DNA from: Gammaproteobacteria bacterium
GTDB lineage: Bacteria > Pseudomonadota > Gammaproteobacteria > SZUA-229
Assembly: GCA_013042055.1 (NCBI GenBank)
Contig: JABDQW010000023.1
Span: 1-48,208, forward strand
Length of the DNA stretch: 48,208 bases
Direction of reading: 5' to 3'
Below are positions 41,885 through 48,208 of the stretch, piece by piece. Both the position numbers and the translations under genes were made by a program. The stretch's first letter is position 1. Every line of letters starts with the position of its first letter. The notes under the pieces were generated by a model. The model was not told the DNA's origin and searched no databases. It saw only the letters and a program-made list of their open reading frames with translations.

Positions 41885-42769
41885 TTACTCGATCAACAGC
41901 TTTCTCGCCTGTTGGTATTTCGCCGCGGTTTTTTCGGCAATATCGGTGGGCAATTCCGGTCCGGGAGCGGTCTTGTTCCAATCCAGCTGCTCAAGATAGT
42001 CGCGCACGAACTGTTTATCGAAGCTGACCGGGCTGGTACCGGGCTGATACGCGTCGACCGGCCAGAAACGAGAAGAATCCGGGGTCAGTACTTCATCGAT
42101 CAGCGTTAAGGTCCCGTCCCGGTCGAGGCCAAATTCAAATTTGGTGTCAGCGATGATGATACCGTGCTCGCGGGCGTAATCGGCTGCTTCGCGGTAAAGG
42201 CGCAGGCTGGCATCGCGCACCTGAGCAGCAATCTCTGTGCTGAGCAATGTTTCAGATGCGGCGAAATCAATATTCTGATCGTGTGAGCCGACACTGGCTT
42301 TGGTCGAGGGTGTATAAATGACCTCGGGCAAGCGATCGGCGATTGTTAGGCCGGGCGGCAGCGCAATACCGCAGACGGCCCCGGTTTGTTGATAGTCTTT
42401 CCAGCCTGAGCCGATCAGATAACCGCGGACGATGGCTTCGACTGGTAGTGCCTTGAGTTTTCTAACAATCATCGCGTGATGCTCGACTTCAGCGCGTTCA
42501 GCTGCGTCGGGTAGCGCTTGCTCGAGTGGCATGGTGCTGAGATGGTTAGGGATAATATGCGCCAGCTTTTGCATCCAAAAGCGGGTGACCTGGTTCAGGA
42601 TCATGCCTTTGCCCGGGATGGGCGTCGGCATGACGACGTCGAAAGCGGAGATGCGATCGGTCGTGACGATCAGCATATGACGGTCATCGATATCGTAGAT
42701 ATCCCGGACTTTGCCTTTGTGCAGCAGTGGCAGGCTCTTGATGTGACTTGTGTATAGCGCTTTTGGCAT
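41885..42769 (-). CDS. purC: SAICAR synthase
   Basis: [52 protein letters not shown]. Confidence 0.98.
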   Translation of the reverse strand: MPKALYTSHIKSLPLLHKGKVRDIYDIDDRHMLIVTTDRISAFDVVMPTPIPGKGMILNQVTRFWMQKLAHIIPNHLSTMPLEQALPDAAERAEVEHHAMIVRKLKALPVEAIVRGYLIGSGWKDYQQTGAVCGIALPPGLTIADRLPEVIYTPSTKASVGSHDQNIDFAASETLLSTEIAAQVRDASLRLYREAADYAREHGIIIADTKFEFGLDRDGTLTLIDEVLTPDSSRFWPVDAYQPGTSPVSFDKQFVRDYLEQLDWNKTAPGPELPTDIAEKTAAKYQQARKLLIE

Positions 42770-42837
42770 AGTGATGATTTAAGATGCGTGTCTGATCAGT
42801 ATTTAATGGAAGAGCGTTATTCTACGCGGAGTTACAG

Positions 42838-43590
42838 ATGACAACAAAGCAATCCGAGTCGGACCGTGATGGCATAAAAAACGTCAGCGTCGTCACACAC
42901 GTCAGCTTCGAGAACCTGGGGAGCTTCGAACAAATCCTCAGAGAAGCTGGATACACGATCAACTATATCAGTGCCAGCAGTGGGGGCTTGACCGAAATCC
43001 GGCCGCAATCGGATGACTTGCTGATCATTCTAGGCGGACCGATCAGCGTCAATGATGTCGATGCGTATCCGTTTCTGCGAGCCGAACTCGAGCTGCTCAA
43101 TGAGCGCTTGTCTGTAAATAAGCCAACCCTGGGCATTTGTTTGGGCGCCCAGTTGATTGCCAAGGCGCTGGGGGCAGCGGTGTATCCCGGTTCCGTGAAG
43201 GAAATCGGTTGGTCGCCGATTCAGTTGAGCGATGGTGGTAGCCGCTCTGCGCTGCGACATCTCGTCGGTGAAGATGTCTGTGTGTTGCACTGGCATGGCG
43301 AAACTTTCGATCTGCCCGATGATGCTGGACTGTTGGCATCCAGCCAAAGCTATCCTCACCAGGCATTCGACTACGGCAATACGCTGGCCTTGCAGTTTCA
43401 TCCGGAAGTGACGCAACGCGGGCTCGAACCGTGGTTTGTCGGCCATGCCGTCGAAATTCAACAGACCGACGGTATCTCCGTGTCCCAACTGCGTGCTGAC
43501 AGCGCGCGTTATGCCGATACTCTACAGGCACGTGGCTACCGCTTTCTGCTGGAATGGCTCGACGATGTGTCCGAACAAGCCTCCGCGTGA
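42838..43590 (+). CDS. Class I glutamine amidotransferase (GMP-synthase-like, stand-alone)
   Basis: LIILGGP, LGICLGAQ nucleophile elbow, HWHGETF, LQFHPE. Confidence 0.92.
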   Translation: MTTKQSESDRDGIKNVSVVTHVSFENLGSFEQILREAGYTINYISASSGGLTEIRPQSDDLLIILGGPISVNDVDAYPFLRAELELLNERLSVNKPTLGICLGAQLIAKALGAAVYPGSVKEIGWSPIQLSDGGSRSALRHLVGEDVCVLHWHGETFDLPDDAGLLASSQSYPHQAFDYGNTLALQFHPEVTQRGLEPWFVGHAVEIQQTDGISVSQLRADSARYADTLQARGYRFLLEWLDDVSEQASA

Positions 43591-44306
43591 ACGCCCGCGC
43601 GATCAGCAAGCAATTGAGAACACTTGCTGATGCCGAGATTGCGTGCCATTCGCAAGGTTTTTTCAAGACAGGCAAGGGCGAATACGGTGAAGGCGACCGT
43701 TTTTTAGGTATACGCGTCCCGGAATTGCGACGATACATCAGGCAGTTTCGTGACGTTGCACTCGATGAGGTGTTGCGCTTGCTCGCTTCTGACTACCACG
43801 AAGAACGTCTGTTCGCATTGCTGTTGTTGGTCGATCAGTTCAAACGGGGCCCGGACCCGCAGCGGCGCTGGATATACCAGCACTACCTGGCCAATACGCA
43901 CCACATCAACAACTGGGACCTGGTCGACTGTTCCGCCGACAAGATCGTTGGGGTCTGGCTGCAGCAACGCAGTCGTAAGCCGTTGTATCGATTGGCCAGG
44001 TCGACATCGCTGTGGGAGCGGCGGATCGCGATAATGGCAACATTCCATCTGATTCGGCAACACGACTTCGAAGATGCGTTAGCGATTTGCGAATTGTTGC
44101 TCAACGATGAGGAAGACCTGATTCACAAAGCCGCGGGGTGGATGTTACGTGAGATCGGCAAGCGCGATACCGCCGTGGAAATGGCGTTCCTCGATGTCCA
44201 TTACGCCGTCATGCCGCGCACGATGTTGCGTTATGCGATTGAACGCTTGCCGGAAGCCGACCGGCGCGCTTATCTGATCGGAAAAAGGGCTTCCCCTGAT
44301 TACTGA
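43587..44306 (+). CDS. AlkD-like DNA alkylation repair protein (HEAT-like repeat glycosylase)
   Basis: FFKTGKGEYGEGD.FLG, INNWDLVD, LWERRIA, HKAAGWMLRE.GK, MPRTMLRYAIE; GTGA overlap with the upstream stop. Confidence 0.92.
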   Translation: MNARAISKQLRTLADAEIACHSQGFFKTGKGEYGEGDRFLGIRVPELRRYIRQFRDVALDEVLRLLASDYHEERLFALLLLVDQFKRGPDPQRRWIYQHYLANTHHINNWDLVDCSADKIVGVWLQQRSRKPLYRLARSTSLWERRIAIMATFHLIRQHDFEDALAICELLLNDEEDLIHKAAGWMLREIGKRDTAVEMAFLDVHYAVMPRTMLRYAIERLPEADRRAYLIGKRASPDY

Positions 44307-44317
44307 CAGGGGTAATG

Positions 44318-44394
44318 AGTCCGCGAACAACGCAAATAACGCCAATAAGTCTTTATCATTAGCATTTTTGCGTTAGTCGCGTATTTCGCGGACT
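44318..44394. repeat. Short inverted-repeat element with 9-nt-phased CGC arms
   Basis: Left AGTC-CGCGAACAA-CGCAAATAA-CGCCAATA; right arm (reverse complement) AGTC-CGCGAAATA-CGCGACTAA-CGCAAAAA. Confidence 0.72.
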
Positions 44395-44569
44395 AAATTA
44401 TCATGATCTGTTGGCAGATCGTCCAGGCGATTTGAATGACGGATGTCCCTGATTTTCCCGTCCTTTTCTTTATCAAGCGCTTTCGCTAAAATAATATGCC
44501 TTGTCCGCAGTTTGAGCTGACATCTGGCGTGCGGCAACAAGGTGTCAGTATTCTGAGATAGTCTATTTA

Positions 44570-44582
44570 AATCAGTTGGTTA
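44570..44582 (+). promoter_or_regulatory. Possible IHF site upstream of gltB
   Basis: AATCAGTTGGTTA fits WATCARNNNNTTR. Confidence 0.4.
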
Positions 44583-44613
44583 GTCCGGCTGTTCGGATAA
44601 TTTTGGGTAAAAA

Positions 44614-47600
44614 ATGAGCACCACACAAGATCTGCAGATTCGTTACGGTTTACCTGAGAAACAGGGCCTGTATGACCCAGCGATGGAAAAGGACAGTTGC
44701 GGTGTCGGGTTCGTGGCGCAAATCAAAGGCCTTGCCAGCCACCAGATACTTAGAGATGCGAACCATATTCTACAACGCATGGTGCACCGCGGCGGTTGTG
44801 GATGTGAACCCAATACGGGTGATGGTGCCGGCATCCTGACCAGTTTGCCTTACGAATTCCTCGGGCGTGTGGCGCGCGACGATTTGGGCGTCGCATTGCC
44901 GCAAAAGGGTCGCTTCGCTGCCGGCAATGTTTTTTTGCCTGTCAACGAGGCATCCCGCGCGCATTGTAAAAAATTCGTCGAGCAGATGATCGCCGAACAG
45001 GGGCAGCAGCTGTTGGGCTGGCGTCAGTTGCCCATCGATACCGACGGCGCCGATGTCGGCCCGACCGCGCGTCAGTCGCAGCCGCACATGGAGCAGCTTT
45101 TCATCGCTGCTGCCAATGGGATCGAGGGCGATGCCTTTGAACGCCAGCTGTACATCATTCGCAAGCGCAGCACGCACGCGCTACGCGGCGATAAAAACAT
45201 CGAACAGAGTAAGTTGTTCTACATCTGCTCGCTGTCGACCAAGGTGATCATCTACAAGGGCATGCTGACCGCACACCAGGTCAAGCCTTTTTACACCGAC
45301 CTGCAACAAAACGACTACACAGCCCATTTGGCGATGGTGCATTCGCGCTTCAGCACCAATACCTTCCCGTCGTGGGACCGCGCTCAACCTAACCGCTTCA
45401 TGAGTCACAACGGTGAAATCAATACGCTGTTGGGCAACAAAAACTGGATGGCGGCGCGCCAGGGTGTGGTTGAATCAGACCTGTTCGGCGACGACATCAA
45501 GAAATTGTTCCCGATCGTCGAAAAAGACTGCTCCGATTCCGGCACTTTCGATAACGTACTCGAATTTCTATTGATGTCGGGTCGAACGCTGCAGGAAGCG
45601 GTGATGATGATGGTGCCCGAGGCCTGGCAGCAAGACGTCAATATGGATGAGTCCAAACGGGCTTTCTATCGTTTTCACTCGGCTCTGATGGAACCTTGGG
45701 ACGGTCCTGCATCGATCGCCTTCACCGATGGCCGTTACATTGGTGCGGTGCTCGATCGCAATGGGCTGCGCCCGAGCCGTTATTACCTGACCCACGATGA
45801 CCGCGTTATCATGGCGTCGGAGGTCGGTGTGCTCGAGGTCGATCCCGCCAACGTCAAATTCAAAGGCCGTTTGCAGCCCGGCAAGATGTTCCTGATCGAT
45901 TTCGATAAGGGTGAGTTGATCTCGGATGAGGTCCTCAAAGGCGATTTTGCCGCGCGTCTCCCCTACACCGAATGGCTCAAAAACCAGGAAATCAAGCTGG
46001 CAGACCTGAAGCCAGAGCAGGAGCCGCATGGCTTCCATCCCGAAACCCTGTTGGAGCGCATGCAGGCCTTTGGCTATACCGTTGAAACCATGCAGTTCAT
46101 GTTGATTCCTCTGGTGCAGGAATTGCGCGATCCGGTCGGTTCGATGGGTAACGATACCGCGTTAGCCTGTCTGTCCGATAAACCGCGCATGATCTACGAT
46201 TATTTCAAGCAATTGTTCGCGCAAGTCACCAATCCAGCGATCGATTCGATCCGTGAAGAGGTCGTGATGTCGCTGGAGTGCTATATCGGGCCGGAAGCGA
46301 ACCTGCTCGACACCACCGAGCAACACGCAAACCGGCTGCGTGTGCCGCATCCGATCCTCAACAACGAGGAACTGGAAGCGCTCAAGCACATGAATTATCG
46401 CGACTGGCGCAGCCTGACGATCGATATTACCTACGACAAGTCGGAAGGTCCCGACGGACTGTCCAAAAGCCTGGAAAATATCTGCTTCCAGGCAACCGAG
46501 GCCATCAATGACGGTTACAGCTTGATTGTGCTGTCCGACCGCAATCTCAGTGAGGATCGCGTCGCGGTGAGCACGCTGCTGGCCGTCGGCGCAGTGCACC
46601 ACCATCTGGTCGATAACCGGCTGCGTACACGCATCGGTATCGTCGTCGAAACCGGCGAGGCGCGCGAGGTGCACCACCACTGCCTGTTGGTGGGCTATGG
46701 CGCCGATGCGATCAATCCCTACCTGGCCTTCGAAGCCCTGTTCCAGGCCAAACGTGACGGTCTGTTGTCGGCGGATGAATACCCCAATGATGAATCCATC
46801 GTCGCTGATTACCGCAAAGGTGTGGTCAAAGGGATGTTCAAGGTCATGGCCAAGATCGGTATCTCGACCTTGCAGTCCTACAAGGGAGCGCAGATTTTCG
46901 AAGCGGTCGGCCTCGGTGAAGGCGTTGTCGATCGCTGCTTCAAAGGCACCGTCAGCCGTATCAAGGGCGTTGAACTCGATGTGCTCGCCGAAGAGGCCTT
47001 GCGCCGTCATGAACTGGGCTATCCCAGCCGAGATGTCGTGCGTTTGCCAGTGCTGCCCAACCCGGGTGATTTTCATTGGCGTTCCGGCGGCGAGTTGCAT
47101 ATGTGGAATCCCGACACGATCGCCAATCTGCAGGCAGCGGCGCGCACCAACAGTAGAGACGCGTATCAACGCTTTGCCGATTTCGCCAACAACGAAGCCA
47201 CCCGACGTGCGACTCTGCGCGGCTTGCTGAAGTTCAAGGAGGGCGCTAATGGTGGACCGATAGCGCTCGATGAAGTTGAACCGGTCAAAGAGATCGTCAG
47301 GCGCTTTTCGACCGGCGCGATGAGCTTCGGCTCGATCTCCGCAGAGAGCCATGAGACGCTTGCAGTGGCGATGAATCGTCTCGGCGGCAAATCCAACACC
47401 GGTGAAGGTGGTGAGGATTCGGAACGCTTTGCTCCGTTACCGAATGGCGATTCCAAACGTTCTGCGATCAAGCAGGTCGCATCCGGTCGTTTTGGTGTTA
47501 CCAACTGGTATCTGACGAATGCGGATGAATTGCAGATCAAGGTTGCACAGGGCGCCAAGCCTGGTGAGGGTGGCGAACTGCCGGGCGGCAAGGTCGACGT

Positions 47601-48207
47601 TAATATCGCACGTATCCGTCATTCGACACCGGGTGTTGGCCTGATCAGCCCGCCGCCTCACCATGATATCTATTCGATCGAAGACCTGGCGCAGTTGATC
47701 CACGATCTGAAAAATTCCAACCCGTCGGCGCGCATCAGCGTCAAGCTGGTGTCTGAAATCGGTGTGGGTACAATTGCGTCGGGTGTTGCCAAGGCCTATT
47801 CCGACCATATCGTGATCGCCGGTCACGACGGCGGCACCGGGGCGTCGCCGCTGACTTCGGTCAAGCACGCCGGTTTGCCGTGGGAGCTGGGCGTGGCTGA
47901 AACGCATCAGACCCTGGTAATGAATGATCTGCGTTCTCGCGTTGCGCTGCAGACCGATGGCCAATTGAAAACGGGCCGCGATATCACGATTGCCGCGTTG
48001 CTCGGTGCCGAGGAGTTTGGCTTTTCCACCGCGCCGCTGATCACGCTGGGCTGTATCATGATGCGCAAGTGTCACTTGAACACCTGCCCGGTCGGCATCG
48101 CGACGCAGGATCCGGATCTGCGTAAGAAATTCAAGGGCGAACCCGAGCACGTGGTCAACTATCTGTTTATGGTGGCTGAGGAAATGCGCGGTTACATGGC
48201 CCAGCTG
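44614..48207 (+). CDS. gltB: Glutamate synthase large subunit (3' end runs off the window)
   Basis: Not in the ORF track. Manual translation [35 protein letters not shown]; downstream [59 protein letters not shown]. Confidence 0.97.
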   Translation, partial: MSTTQDLQIRYGLPEKQGLYDPAMEKDSCGVGFVAQIKGLASHQILRDANHILQRMVHRGGCGCEPNTGDGAGILTSLPYEFLGRVARDDLGVALPQKGRFAAGNVFLPVNEASRAHCKKFVEQMIAEQGQQLLGWRQLPIDTDGADVGPTARQSQPHMEQLFIAAANGIEGDAFERQLYIIRKRSTHALRGDKNIEQSKLFYICSLSTKVIIYKGMLTAHQVKPFYTDLQQNDYTAHLAMVHSRFSTNTFPSWDRAQPNRFMSHNGEINTLLGNKNWMAARQGVVESDLFGDDIKKLFPIVEKDCSDSGTFDNVLEFLLMSGRTLQEAVMMMVPEAWQQDVNMDESKRAFYRFHSALMEPWDGPASIAFTDGRYIGAVLDRNGLRPSRYYLTHDDRVIMASEVGVLEVDPANVKFKGRLQPGKMFLIDFDKGELISDEVLKGDFAARLPYTEWLKNQEIKLADLKPEQEPHGFHPETLLERMQAFGYTVETMQFMLIPLVQELRDPVGSMGNDTALACLSDKPRMIYDYFKQLFAQVTNPAIDSIREEVVMSLECYIGPEANLLDTTEQHANRLRVPHPILNNEELEALKHMNYRDWRSLTIDITYDKSEGPDGLSKSLENICFQATEAINDGYSLIVLSDRNLSEDRVAVSTLLAVGAVHHHLVDNRLRTRIGIVVETGEAREVHHHCLLVGYGADAINPYLAFEALFQAKRDGLLSADEYPNDESIVADYRKGVVKGMFKVMAKIGISTLQSYKGAQIFEAVGLGEGVVDRCFKGTVSRIKGVELDVLAEEALRRHELGYPSRDVVRLPVLPNPGDFHWRSGGELHMWNPDTIANLQAAARTNSRDAYQRFADFANNEATRRATLRGLLKFKEGANGGPIALDEVEPVKEIVRRFSTGAMSFGSISAESHETLAVAMNRLGGKSNTGEGGEDSERFAPLPNGDSKRSAIKQVASGRFGVTNWYLTNADELQIKVAQGAKPGEGGELPGGKVDVNIARIRHSTPGVGLISPPPHHDIYSIEDLAQLIHDLKNSNPSARISVKLVSEIGVGTIASGVAKAYSDHIVIAGHDGGTGASPLTSVKHAGLPWELGVAETHQTLVMNDLRSRVALQTDGQLKTGRDITIAALLGAEEFGFSTAPLITLGCIMMRKCHLNTCPVGIATQDPDLRKKFKGEPEHVVNYLFMVAEEMRGYMAQL

Positions 48208-48208
48208 G

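Noticed and set aside
44770-48150. Long minus-strand ORFs (for example 46162-47352 and 47437-48150)
   Set aside because: Antisense shadows of gltB caused by codon bias; the same applies to 161-1090, 1100-1873, 8911-9555 and 15423-16187.

Overview
A housekeeping segment of a gammaproteobacterial chromosome (Chromatiales/Thiotrichales-like gene order). It carries tsaC-topA-smg-dprA-LysM, def-fmt-rsmB-trkA-trkH-lipid A acyltransferase, dtd-hisBHAFIE-tatABC-gpmI, an HDOD histidine kinase with a REC-PAS-GGDEF-EAL partner, rpoD, tkt-gap-pgk-pyk-fba, an alanine/glycine symporter, FKBP, purC-bioD, a class I GATase, alkD and the 5' part of gltB. The notable content is non-coding. (1) The tRNA-Ile2(CAU) gene downstream of rpoD is split after the anticodon by a 278-nt IC3-type group I intron with an extra P7-P3 domain. 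(2) An RsmY/CsrB-type sRNA has 12 GGA motifs and an 18-bp GacA-type box. (3) A 236-bp MITE has a 5-bp target duplication that copies the bioD start codon. (4) Several small palindromic elements occur, some nested: phased CGC-triplet inverted repeats, GTAG REPs, and ERIC-like hairpins sharing one internal-loop motif. (5) A 43-aa DUF3149-like ORF missing from the ORF track lies behind a class II FNR-type promoter. All calls are by eye and from recalled family motifs; no searches were run.
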